DNA from: Planctomycetota bacterium
GTDB lineage: Bacteria > Planctomycetota > Planctomycetia > Planctomycetales > Planctomycetaceae
NCBI GenBank assembly: GCA_963578885.1
Contig: CAUZEQ010000001.1
Coordinates: forward strand, 1 to 50,635
Reading direction: 5' to 3'
Length of the DNA stretch: 50,635 bases
Of this stretch, positions 16,111 to 25,151 are shown piece after piece. Made by a program: the position numbers and the translations under genes. Position 1 is the first letter of the stretch. Every line of letters starts with the position of its first letter. The notes under the pieces are model-generated. The model was not told the origin of the DNA and did no database searches. It saw only the letters and a list, made by a program, of their open reading frames with translations.

Positions 16111-18144
16111 TCACTTTGTCCATAGGTCCTGCCGGCCGGCCTTCTCGAGGATACGAATCACGTCCTCGTCGAGCAGCAGCTTGCGGCGTCGCAGCGACAG
16201 CACAGCTGACGTGACCCCGGACATGTAGTCCGCCTTCGTGGGATACCGCTCCAGCACGCTGCGACGCGGGTCGCCACTCTTGAGCCGCTCGGCCCGGGTC
16301 CTGGCAAACGGCATCCAGCTGCCGGTGAACCGACCCAGCATCCCGCCGGCTCCGGCGGCCTCGCCACGAACGTTCCAACCACTGTAGGCCCCCAGCGGCA
16401 CAGCCACCGTCGGTAGCTTGATCCCCGCTCGCTCAATCCCGTCGGCATCCACTGCCGGCACCAGAGTGTTGTAGGCAGGACCGACCCTGGGCGGTACATG
16501 GTCGGCGATTCCCCGAGTGAACCAGCGGGGACCGGGATCCAGCCGCAGCGGACGGAACATGATCCCCGCCCTGGTCACGCCCGGCAAGTCGGGGAACTGA
16601 GCCTGCCACGCCGACAACTCGATCAACGTGCCCTCGGCAATCCGCGGGATGGCCGTCGGCGGAGGCTCGACGCCCGAGGTCACCCAGCGGTCCATCGCCA
16701 CCAACAGCGCACGCAACAACGGGCGATGGTCGAGATCGTTGCGGAGGTTACGGAAGATGCCGCGAGACGTCGAACTCGATACACCGTGTTGAGCACCGGT
16801 GAAGAAATACAGCCGCAGGTTGGGGTCAATCCCCGCGTCGGTCTTGCCCACCGTGTCGGTGTGCAGCAACGACGCCGCCCGGTTCCAGTACTCCGCAGAC
16901 GTCTCGGTGAAAAACATCTTCGGCAGGTGCCCCCGTTCTCGCAGCTTCGCAAACGAATCGCCCTTCTGGCCGGTAACCGGATCCACCTGCGGCACGCTGT
17001 TGAATGGGAAGAAGTCGGATGCAAACAGGTTGTCCTGGTGCTGGCTGCCGTGACGGGTCGTTTGAGCGAACCGGTAATTGAACTGACCCTTGCCACCGCC
17101 TCCGACATGAGGCATCGCGCCGTCGAGAACCATGCGGCCCGACTCGTCGGTGTTCATCGCCTCGAACAGAAAGTGATGAATGAAACGGCCCGACTGGCTG
17201 ATCCCGAAGATGTAGGCCTTCTGGATGGCGCCGGCCAACGGATTGGGGGTGCCGATCGAGTCAGTCTCGGCGTAGCGGAAAAACGAGATGCAGTCCCGCA
17301 CAGCGACCAGGCCCAGGCCGGTCGCTCGAGGATCCTTGCCCGTGTAGACCAACTCGTAGATCCAGCCCGAACGGAAGCCGTCTCGCAGGTGCAGGTGACC
17401 CGGGCTGGCCACCACCTGGCCATTCTCGAGCCTCGCAAAGGACCACTCCTCGTGGGGCACCTCCTCGGGCGGAATGCTGCGGAAAGGCCGCCTGGTCAAG
17501 CGGGCGGTGCCGTTGTCGAGACTGACGGCGGGGTAGGCGACCGAGTTGCCCCAGTACAGCGGCTGACTCTTCGAACTGCCCGAAACACAGATCTCGGCGT
17601 AGATCTTCGACGTGATCGAGCTGCCGTCAGGATTCCTGACCACCGGCAACTCGATCATGATCCGGTCGCCGCCGGGTCGTACGTCCCCGTTCCATCCGCA
17701 CCACAGCACCGAGTACCCCTGACGCATCAGGAATCCGTTGCCGGCATCGGCTAGGCTCCGCAGGTCGTTCCGATTGCCTCCCGACGGGTTGTTGAACGCA
17801 CCCACCGCCAGCTTGTTGCCCCGGTTGTTGACGTCATAAAGGATGCGACCGTTGCCACGACGTGCATCGACGGGTTTCAACAGGAAGAACTCGGTGCGGA
17901 ATACCACTTTGCCCCGCTTGTTCGTACCGACCAGGCCAATGTCGGTGATCCTGTGATGCAAAGCTCCCCTGGGATCCAGCTCGATCCTCAGCCAACCCTT
18001 GACCCGTTCATACGGCCCGACATTGCCGAAATGATGCCCGTCGGCAAAGGAAGCCCGCTCGGTGATCTCCAGCTTCATCACTTCGGCTTGGACCGAACCG
18101 GCGAGAATCAACAGCAGGGCGAGTGAGCGGGTGCTGGTCGTCAT
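16111..18144 (-). CDS. Secreted alpha/beta-hydrolase-domain protein (GxSxG nucleophile elbow)
   Basis: Has a signal peptide (MTTSTRSLALLLILAGSVQA) and a nucleophile elbow FGISQSGRF. The overall pattern is that of the large (about 650-aa) alpha/beta hydrolase domain family. Start moved to ATG 18144. Confidence 0.6.
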   Translation of the reverse strand: MTTSTRSLALLLILAGSVQAEVMKLEITERASFADGHHFGNVGPYERVKGWLRIELDPRGALHHRITDIGLVGTNKRGKVVFRTEFFLLKPVDARRGNGRILYDVNNRGNKLAVGAFNNPSGGNRNDLRSLADAGNGFLMRQGYSVLWCGWNGDVRPGGDRIMIELPVVRNPDGSSITSKIYAEICVSGSSKSQPLYWGNSVAYPAVSLDNGTARLTRRPFRSIPPEEVPHEEWSFARLENGQVVASPGHLHLRDGFRSGWIYELVYTGKDPRATGLGLVAVRDCISFFRYAETDSIGTPNPLAGAIQKAYIFGISQSGRFIHHFLFEAMNTDESGRMVLDGAMPHVGGGGKGQFNYRFAQTTRHGSQHQDNLFASDFFPFNSVPQVDPVTGQKGDSFAKLRERGHLPKMFFTETSAEYWNRAASLLHTDTVGKTDAGIDPNLRLYFFTGAQHGVSSSTSRGIFRNLRNDLDHRPLLRALLVAMDRWVTSGVEPPPTAIPRIAEGTLIELSAWQAQFPDLPGVTRAGIMFRPLRLDPGPRWFTRGIADHVPPRVGPAYNTLVPAVDADGIERAGIKLPTVAVPLGAYSGWNVRGEAAGAGGMLGRFTGSWMPFARTRAERLKSGDPRRSVLERYPTKADYMSGVTSAVLSLRRRKLLLDEDVIRILEKAGRQDLWTK

Positions 18145-18363
18145 GGATGGGGACTCGCCACAGGGACACGTGGGCCTTCGAGCCACGATTGTGCCACAAC
18201 GGGCCGCTATGATCTAAGCTGAACGTCGTGTCGCTCTGGGCCGTGCCAGGAATCGCATGGCGGAGATTGGCGACGATTGAGATCCCTCGCACGGCTCGGG
18301 ATGACAAGCTCTTTCGCCGGCTCCCGTCAGCCCACTCCGTGAACCCTCGCAACGACCCGCTCC

Positions 18364-20052
18364 GTGAACGACTCAGACACCCCACATCCCGATTCCGACG
18401 CCCTGCTGGCTGACCTGCTCGAGGGTCTGCTCGAGCGATCGAGCGCGGGCGAGGAGATCGACATCGAGCAGGAGTCTCTGCTGCAGCCGAAGTTGGCCGA
18501 GGACCTGAAGCAACTGTGGGCGATGGTCAACGTCGCCGCGGAATTCAGCACGCTGGCCAACGATGATCTCGATCCACCGGCCTCGCTGCTGCCGATGCCC
18601 GAGTCGATCGGCGAATACCAGCTGCTCGAGGAGCTGGGCCGGGGCGGGATGGGGGTCGTCTACCGTGCTCACCAGGCCAGCCTCGATCGAGACGTCGCGG
18701 TCAAGATGATCCTGCGAGGCGACTGGGCCTCGGAGGTAGACATGGCGAGGTTTCGGAGCGAGGCCGAGAGTGCGGCTCGGCTGGAACATCCTAATATCGT
18801 GCCGATCTACGAGGTCGGCGAACACGAAGGCTTGCCCTATTTCAGCATGCGACTGATCGACGGGGTCACCTTTTCGCAGAAGATGGCCGACGGGCCACTC
18901 GATTCGAGAGCTGCGGCCAAGCTGATGCTGCCCGTCTGCCGGGCCATTGCCGCTGCACACCACGAAGGGATCCTGCACCGAGACCTCAAGCCGTCCAACA
19001 TCCTCGTCGATCACGATGACGTGCCCTACATCACAGACTTCGGGTTGGCCAAGAGGATCCCGACCCAGGCGGACCCGTCGGAGCCCGACACGCTGACCGG
19101 CAGCGGAGCAATCCTCGGTACACCCTCATACATGGCTCCCGAACAGGCCGCCGGACAGCGGGGACGGGTCGAAGAACGCAGCGACATCTACAGCCTCGGA
19201 GCCATCCTCTATGCACTCATCACCTCCGAAGCACCCTTCCGAGCCGACTCGCCCGTCGACACCTTGATCCAGGTGCTCGAGCAAGACCCGGCACCACCCA
19301 GGCTGCTCAACCCCGACACCGACGCCGATCTCGAGATGATCACACTGAAGTGCCTGCAGAAACCGATCGACCTCAGATACGACACCGCCGGAGCACTCGC
19401 CGACGACCTGCAGGCGTTCCTCAACAACGAATCCGTCTCGGCACGCTCGTCCCAGTTCTCACAGGTGTTCAGCCGAGCCTTCCGCGAAACCCACCACGCC
19501 GTGGTGCTCGAGAACTGGGGGCTCCTGTGGATGTGGCACAGCCTGGTGCTGATCGTGCTGTGCCTGCTGACCAACTGGCTGCAGTTTCGAAACTTCGATA
19601 CGCCGTGGCCCTACCTGTGGGTCTGGGGGGCGGGAGCGGGGTTGTGGGCCCTGATCTTCTGGAATCTCCGCAAGCGAACCGGACCGGTCACATTCGTCGA
19701 ACGCCAGATCGCTCATGTCTGGGCCGGCAGCATGGCCGGGAGCATACTGCTGTACGTGGTCGAACCGATCCTCGGTCTCGAGACCCTCAAACTCTCACCC
19801 ATCCTCGGACTGCTCACCGGAGCCGTCTTCCTGGTCAAGGCAGGCATCCTCTCGGGCCGTTTCTACGTCCAGGCCGCCGTCCTGTTCGCCAGCGCACCGC
19901 TGATGGCGTGGATCCAGAGTCACGCCGCGGCCACCGGCACGCTCGATTACAGCATCTCGCTGTTCGGACTGGTCTCCGGTGCCAGCTTCTTCTTCCCCGG
20001 TCTGAAGTACCACCGACAACGCCGGCAGTCAAAACGCAGGGCCACCCGCTAA
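18364..20052 (+). CDS. Ser/Thr protein kinase with polytopic C-terminal membrane domain
   Basis: Hanks kinase motifs are present: GRGGMGVVYRA, VAVK, HRDLKPSNILV, DFGLAK and GTPSYMAPEQ. The C-terminal roughly 190 aa contain about 5-6 hydrophobic helices. GTG start. Confidence 0.9.
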   Translation: MNDSDTPHPDSDALLADLLEGLLERSSAGEEIDIEQESLLQPKLAEDLKQLWAMVNVAAEFSTLANDDLDPPASLLPMPESIGEYQLLEELGRGGMGVVYRAHQASLDRDVAVKMILRGDWASEVDMARFRSEAESAARLEHPNIVPIYEVGEHEGLPYFSMRLIDGVTFSQKMADGPLDSRAAAKLMLPVCRAIAAAHHEGILHRDLKPSNILVDHDDVPYITDFGLAKRIPTQADPSEPDTLTGSGAILGTPSYMAPEQAAGQRGRVEERSDIYSLGAILYALITSEAPFRADSPVDTLIQVLEQDPAPPRLLNPDTDADLEMITLKCLQKPIDLRYDTAGALADDLQAFLNNESVSARSSQFSQVFSRAFRETHHAVVLENWGLLWMWHSLVLIVLCLLTNWLQFRNFDTPWPYLWVWGAGAGLWALIFWNLRKRTGPVTFVERQIAHVWAGSMAGSILLYVVEPILGLETLKLSPILGLLTGAVFLVKAGILSGRFYVQAAVLFASAPLMAWIQSHAAATGTLDYSISLFGLVSGASFFFPGLKYHRQRRQSKRRATR

Positions 20053-20103
20053 ACCCATCCCCGTCAGTGGAAAAACCCCCTCCGGAATCCTACGCTCGGC
20101 CGG

Positions 20104-20850
20104 ATGTCCGAACCCGGTCCGATCCCCGCATCGCTGAGCTTCCTGCTGCTGCAGGTCCGCAATCCGGACGATCCGATGCGAGACCACGAACGGCTGGCGT
20201 TCACGCGAGCTCTCGAGATCGACTCGGACCACTGCACCACACTCGACCTGCTCACCGAATCCCTCTCGAGTAACCAACTTGCAGCCGCAGACGTGGTACT
20301 GCTCGGCGGAAGCGGCGACTACTCGGCGACCGGCGAGGGCGAATGGCTGGATCGGGCACTCGATGTGCTCAGAAGACTCGTCGACGCTCGCCAACCCACC
20401 TTCGCCAGCTGCTGGGGCTTTCAGGCCATGGCACGAGCCACCGGCGGCACGGTCATCAACAGCCCCGACACCGCCGAGGTGGGCACCCACCAGCTGTTCG
20501 TCACCACCGCCGGCCGCGACGACCCGGTGTTGGGGTCACTGGGCCAGAGCTTCCTGGCGCAGATGGGACACGAGGACTGCGTGTCGGTGTTGCCCGAAAA
20601 TGCCACCCTGCTGGCGTTTTCACAACGCAATACCCACCAGGCCTACCGGATCAATGACGCCCCGATCTACTGCACGCAGTTTCATCCCGAGCTGACTCGA
20701 GACGACCTGTACCTGAGGGTCCAGGCGTATCCGCAGTACATCGAGCGGATCGCGGGGATGCCCGCCGAGGAGTTCATCGCGACGCTCGAGGAGACGCCCG
20801 GGGCGGAGTCCTTGCTGCGACGGTTCATCGAGACGGTCTTCGCCGCATAG
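20104..20850 (+). CDS. Class I (type 1) glutamine amidotransferase-like protein
   Basis: Has the nucleophile elbow FASCWGFQAMA and the His/Glu block TQFHPE, in a GMP-synthase-like GATase1 arrangement. Confidence 0.8.
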   Translation: MSEPGPIPASLSFLLLQVRNPDDPMRDHERLAFTRALEIDSDHCTTLDLLTESLSSNQLAAADVVLLGGSGDYSATGEGEWLDRALDVLRRLVDARQPTFASCWGFQAMARATGGTVINSPDTAEVGTHQLFVTTAGRDDPVLGSLGQSFLAQMGHEDCVSVLPENATLLAFSQRNTHQAYRINDAPIYCTQFHPELTRDDLYLRVQAYPQYIERIAGMPAEEFIATLEETPGAESLLRRFIETVFAA

Positions 20851-20869
20851 ACCGGTTAGACTGGCTGCC

Positions 20870-22207
20870 ATGCACATCGCCATCGTCACCGCCGGCGGCG
20901 CCGGGATGTTCTGCGGCTCGTGCATGCACGACAACACCTGGGCCCGATCGCTGATCGACGCGGGAGCCGATGTCAGCCTAGTCCCGACCTACACCCCGAT
21001 CCGGGTCGACGAACAGGACGTCAGCGGCTCGGACGTGTACTTCGGTGGAGTCGGCGTCTACCTGGCACACCGCAGCCGCCTGTTCTACCGCCTGCCACGG
21101 GTCCTGACACGCTGGGTCGACCGACCCTGGGTCCTGAAGCTGGCCACCCGGTTCAGTGTCAGCACCGACGCCAGGCACCTCGGCGCCCTCACGCTCGACA
21201 TGCTCCGTGGCGAGGAGGGACCGCACCGGGCACACGTGCTGGAACTCGCCGACGCCTTCGGCTCATTGCTCAAGCCCGACATCATCTGCTTCTCGAACGC
21301 ACTGCTGGCTGGCACGGCCCGAGCGATCAAGCAGCAGACCGACGTCCCGCTGTTGTGCGTCCTGCAGGGTGACGACGTGTTTCTCGAGGACCTGGTCGAA
21401 CCGTATCGCAGCCGGGCGATCGAGGCGATCCACGAACGAGCCGCCGACTTCGACGGGTTCATCGTCCACAGCGACTACTACCGTGATCACATGGTCCGCT
21501 ACCTCGGACTCGACGCCCGCAAGTTCCACACCCTGCCGCTGGGTATCGACCTGGCCGCACACGATGGCGAACCCGGCCAAAGAGACACATCGCAATCGCC
21601 CGACGACGACTCGTTCACCATCGGCTACTTCGCCCGCATCTGTCCCGAGAAGGGACTCGACCGACTGCTCGAAGCCTTTCGAATCCTGCATGCACGACGC
21701 CCCCGAGTCAGGCTCAGGGCAGGCGGATACCTCGGCCGGCGCGATCGCGAGTACTTCAACACCCTGCTGGCCGAGGCCGCGGACCTCGGCGATGCCTTCC
21801 AGTACATCGGCAGCCCGCCGGATACGGCCTCGAAGATCGAGTTCCTCAAGTCGCTCGACGTGCTCAGCGTCCCCACCGCGTACCGAGAACCCAAGGGACT
21901 CTACGTGCTCGAAGCACTCGCCAACGGAGTGCCGGTGGTGCAGCCCGATCACGGAGCCTTTCCCGAGTTGATCGCGGCGACCGGAGGAGGCGTGCTGGTC
22001 GAACCCGGTCACGCCGAAGCACTCGCCGATGCCCTCGAAGCACTCGCCAACGACTCGGACCGACGCATCCAACTGGCCACCACAGGTCAAAAGAAGGTCC
22101 GCGAACTGTTCGGACCGCAGCGAATGGCCAGAGAATCGCTCGAGCTCTTCGAACGTGTCGTGGCAGGGTATCACGGGGGGGCAGACGCCGTCCGTGGCGG
22201 GGCCTGA
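20870..22207 (+). CDS. Glycosyltransferase, GT-B fold (family 4-like)
   Basis: The C-terminal half contains YFARICPEKGLD, VLSVPTAYREPKGLYVLEALANGVPVVQPDHGAFPEL, i.e. the E-x7-E type GT4 pattern. Confidence 0.8.
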   Translation: MHIAIVTAGGAGMFCGSCMHDNTWARSLIDAGADVSLVPTYTPIRVDEQDVSGSDVYFGGVGVYLAHRSRLFYRLPRVLTRWVDRPWVLKLATRFSVSTDARHLGALTLDMLRGEEGPHRAHVLELADAFGSLLKPDIICFSNALLAGTARAIKQQTDVPLLCVLQGDDVFLEDLVEPYRSRAIEAIHERAADFDGFIVHSDYYRDHMVRYLGLDARKFHTLPLGIDLAAHDGEPGQRDTSQSPDDDSFTIGYFARICPEKGLDRLLEAFRILHARRPRVRLRAGGYLGRRDREYFNTLLAEAADLGDAFQYIGSPPDTASKIEFLKSLDVLSVPTAYREPKGLYVLEALANGVPVVQPDHGAFPELIAATGGGVLVEPGHAEALADALEALANDSDRRIQLATTGQKKVRELFGPQRMARESLELFERVVAGYHGGADAVRGGA

Positions 22208-22722
22208 GCCCCGATCCGCCGCAGCCTCCACGCAACTCCAACCCCCACCAGCACACCCGCACCAACCAGCTTCCACCACCACGGCCCAAACACCACCGTC
22301 GCGTTCACAAACAGAAACGCAAAGAGCCCGTGCAGTGCGACCAGGCGGCCGCGGCGCCAGCCCATCTCGGCCCCACGACTCCACCAGAACGCCGCTACGA
22401 CCAGCCACGTCAGTGTGAAGGCATAGTTGACCCACACACCCTGCCCGAAACCCCAGCCGGTCACTCGCTCGGTCAACCGAGCCGTATGCAACACCGCCTC
22501 GGCATGGCTCCAGCGATGTATGAAATGAAACGCACAAAACACATGGCCCACCTGTCCGAAGAGGCCGGCCGTAAACAGCAGCCGCCGTTTCGAGCCCCCT
22601 GCCCCGGCGACACTCAGCATCAGCCACCCCACCCAGCACCCCACCACCAGCCTCGCACTCCAGCGAGTCAGTTCCGGACCCAGCCCCGAGCTCAATTCGG
22701 TGAAGACTTCGGGAGAATTCAT
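22171..22722 (-). CDS. Hypothetical integral membrane protein (about 4-5 TM)
   Basis: The ORF has several hydrophobic helices (LVVGCWVGWLMLSVAGAG, VWVNYAFTLTWLVVAAFWW, LHGLFAFLFVNATVVFGPWWW). I recognise no family. Its 3' end overlaps the convergent GT4 gene by 37 nt. Confidence 0.5.
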   Translation of the reverse strand: MNSPEVFTELSSGLGPELTRWSARLVVGCWVGWLMLSVAGAGGSKRRLLFTAGLFGQVGHVFCAFHFIHRWSHAEAVLHTARLTERVTGWGFGQGVWVNYAFTLTWLVVAAFWWSRGAEMGWRRGRLVALHGLFAFLFVNATVVFGPWWWKLVGAGVLVGVGVAWRLRRIGAQAPPRTASAPP

Positions 22723-22826
22723 GGGCTGATTCCTGTCCGACGGCTCCCTACACTACTTGAAGAGACCGCCTCGAAGCGATTGCGACACGATCGAGAGGAA
22801 ACAGTCCAACACTCACAGACCCGCCG

Positions 22827-24035
22827 ATGACACGCGTTCACGACCTCACCCGCCGGCTGCAAAAGGACAACGGATCGAAGATCGTGCTGCTGGTCGCCGA
22901 CGGGCTGGGAGGTCTGCCTCCCGAACCCGGCGGCCAGACCGAACTCGAAACCGCCAACACTCCGAATCTTGACGACCTGGCCAGCGTCGCTGAAACCGGA
23001 GGCAGTATCCCGGTACTGCCTGGGATCACGCCCGGAAGCGGACCCGGCCACCTGGGCCTCTTCGGCTACGACCCGCTGGAATACGACATCGGTCGAGGCG
23101 TGCTCGAGGCACTGGGGATCGACTTCGAACTCGGACCCCGCGACGTCGCCATCCGAGGCAACTTCTGCTCGATCGACGCCGACGGGAACATCACCGACCG
23201 GCGCGCCGGCCGGATCGCCAGCGAAATCGGCGAGCGGCTGTGTGAGAAGCTCGATGTGATCGAGATCCCCGGGGTCGAGGTGTTCGTGAGACCGGTCAAG
23301 GAGTACCGACTGGTGATCGTGTTCCGGGGCGAGGGCCTGGGAGGCCGGGTCAACGACACCGACCCGCAGGCCACCGGCGTGCCACCCGAAGAGCCCGTCG
23401 GTGAAGATGAGCCGTCACGAAAAACGGCCGAGATCTGCAGCGAGTTTCTGAGACAGGCCGGTGAGGTGTTGGCCGGGGACTCGCCGGCCAACATGCTGAC
23501 GATGCGCGGAATCGCGATGCTGCCCGAAATTCCCCGCTTCACCGACGTCTACGGACTGCGACCGGCCGCCATCGCCGTCTACCCGATGTACCGAGGGCTG
23601 GCCCGGCTGGTCCAGATGGACGTGCTCGACGCCGGCACCACACTCGAAACACAGATGGACCGGCTGGAAGCGACCTGGGGCGACTACGACTTCTTCTTCA
23701 TCCACTTCAAGTACACCGACTCGACCGGCGAGGACGGCGACTTCGACGGCAAGGTGGCTCGGATCGAGCAGCTGGATGCCGCCGTGCCGCGGATCACCGC
23801 GCTGGAACCCGACGTGCTGATCGTCACCGGCGACCACAGCACCCCGGCGAAAATGAAATCACACAGCTGGCACCCGGTCCCCACTCTGATCGCCAGCAAC
23901 CACGCCCGCACCGACGCCTCAACGTCCTTCGGCGAAAACCAGTGCAATACCGGCAGCCTGGGTCACTTCGAAGCTCAGCACCTGATGCTCCTGGCCTTGG
24001 CCCACGCCGGACGGCTCGAAAAATACGGAGCCTGA
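22827..24035 (+). CDS. apgM: Cofactor-independent phosphoglycerate mutase, archaeal/ApgM type (alkaline-phosphatase superfamily)
   Basis: Contains KIVLLVADGLGGLP, TELETANTPNLDDLA, PGITPGSGPGHLGLFGYDP, FIHFKYTDSTGEDGD and TGDHSTP, which are typical ApgM blocks. Confidence 0.8.
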   Translation: MTRVHDLTRRLQKDNGSKIVLLVADGLGGLPPEPGGQTELETANTPNLDDLASVAETGGSIPVLPGITPGSGPGHLGLFGYDPLEYDIGRGVLEALGIDFELGPRDVAIRGNFCSIDADGNITDRRAGRIASEIGERLCEKLDVIEIPGVEVFVRPVKEYRLVIVFRGEGLGGRVNDTDPQATGVPPEEPVGEDEPSRKTAEICSEFLRQAGEVLAGDSPANMLTMRGIAMLPEIPRFTDVYGLRPAAIAVYPMYRGLARLVQMDVLDAGTTLETQMDRLEATWGDYDFFFIHFKYTDSTGEDGDFDGKVARIEQLDAAVPRITALEPDVLIVTGDHSTPAKMKSHSWHPVPTLIASNHARTDASTSFGENQCNTGSLGHFEAQHLMLLALAHAGRLEKYGA

Positions 24036-24186
24036 CAGCCTGTTGAATATCTCAGAGTCTGGGGTCAGACGCCGCCCGTGGCGGGGCCTGACCCCTTTTG
24101 TTCCTGCCACCGGTGAACGCGGGAAGGGTTCAGGCCCCGCCACGGGCGGCGTCTGACCCCTGCACTTGGCGTTTTTCAACAGGCTG
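24036..24186. repeat. 151-bp near-perfect palindrome built from two inverted family-B hairpin repeats (GGGGTCAGACGCC...GGCCTGACCCC)
   Basis: The outer arms CAGCCTGTTGAA (24036-24047) and TTCAACAGGCTG (24175-24186) are perfect complements. The inner units at 24061-24095 and 24126-24160 are reverse complements with one mismatch. Each unit is itself a hairpin. The element lies between convergent genes. Confidence 0.9.
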
Positions 24187-24224
24187 CTAACCCCCAGGGA
24201 TCGGCACCCCACCGCAGCCCCCCA

Positions 24225-25151
24225 TCAAAACCCAAACACCCGAGCCGCGGTCCCACCCAACACCATCCCCAGTTCCCTCTTCGACAGCTTCGCAAGGAAT
24301 CCGGCCACTCTCTGTCGATAGGCCCGATAACTGACCGGCGAGGCAGTTCCATTGAAGCCGCCCCCATAAATCGTCCGGCCGGGCCCATAGGCATCAACCA
24401 ACCGCCGAATGATCGGGCCGATCGGTCTCGAGATCTTCGCACCCTCAGCGGGCAGCGACGAAACCTTGATGATCGTGTTCTTGTACCGGGCCCACCGAAA
24501 CACCAGGTCGTGTTCGGCCGCCGTCCCCTGCAGCGGCCGACCGAGGTGATCGATCACCACGGTCGTTTTCGGATACTCGCGGATAAACGTCTCGAACCCA
24601 CCCGCATACTTCGGCTCGAAGTGCAGCTGCACGGCCAGCCCCAGCTCGGCGGCCATCTTCCAGACCCGGCCCACACCCGGCTTGCTGAAGTCCGGGATGC
24701 GGTCCTTGCGGAAGGCGTGGATCCGAGCGGCCACGATCCGGCCGGGGTGCTTCTTGACCAACGCCGGCATCTTCTCGATCGATCCGGGTCGGTCGCCAAA
24801 GAACAGGCAGGTCCCCTTCAGCCTCTTGCCACCCACCTGCAGGCAATGATCCAGGAAGCGGTGATCGTCCTGGTACGGTTCGGGGTGAACCACGATCGCG
24901 TGGTCGACCCCGGCTCCGGCCATGCAGTGCAGCAGGTGTTCCGGTGACGCACCGCTGGTGGGACGGTAGGGAGCCCGCCGGTGGTAGGGAAACCGCTTGT
25001 CGCCGGGCTTGGCGAAGCAGTGCAGGTGTGTGTCGATGACGGGCGGGGCGGCCGGTTCGGCGGCGGTCGCCTGCCGGGACGTCACCAGCACTGCCGAGGT
25101 GGCAGCCCCCACCACAAACTCGCGACGGCTGATCCCCGAGCTACAGCTCAC
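24225..25151 (-). CDS. Amidohydrolase-2 (TIM-barrel metal-dependent hydrolase) family protein with Tat signal
   Basis: Has a Tat-like N-terminus (SRREFVVGAATSAVLV), the metal-binding motif IDTHLHCF and VVIDHLGRP. The GTG start overlaps the upstream stop (GTGA). Confidence 0.78.
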   Translation of the reverse strand: MSCSSGISRREFVVGAATSAVLVTSRQATAAEPAAPPVIDTHLHCFAKPGDKRFPYHRRAPYRPTSGASPEHLLHCMAGAGVDHAIVVHPEPYQDDHRFLDHCLQVGGKRLKGTCLFFGDRPGSIEKMPALVKKHPGRIVAARIHAFRKDRIPDFSKPGVGRVWKMAAELGLAVQLHFEPKYAGGFETFIREYPKTTVVIDHLGRPLQGTAAEHDLVFRWARYKNTIIKVSSLPAEGAKISRPIGPIIRRLVDAYGPGRTIYGGGFNGTASPVSYRAYRQRVAGFLAKLSKRELGMVLGGTAARVFGF

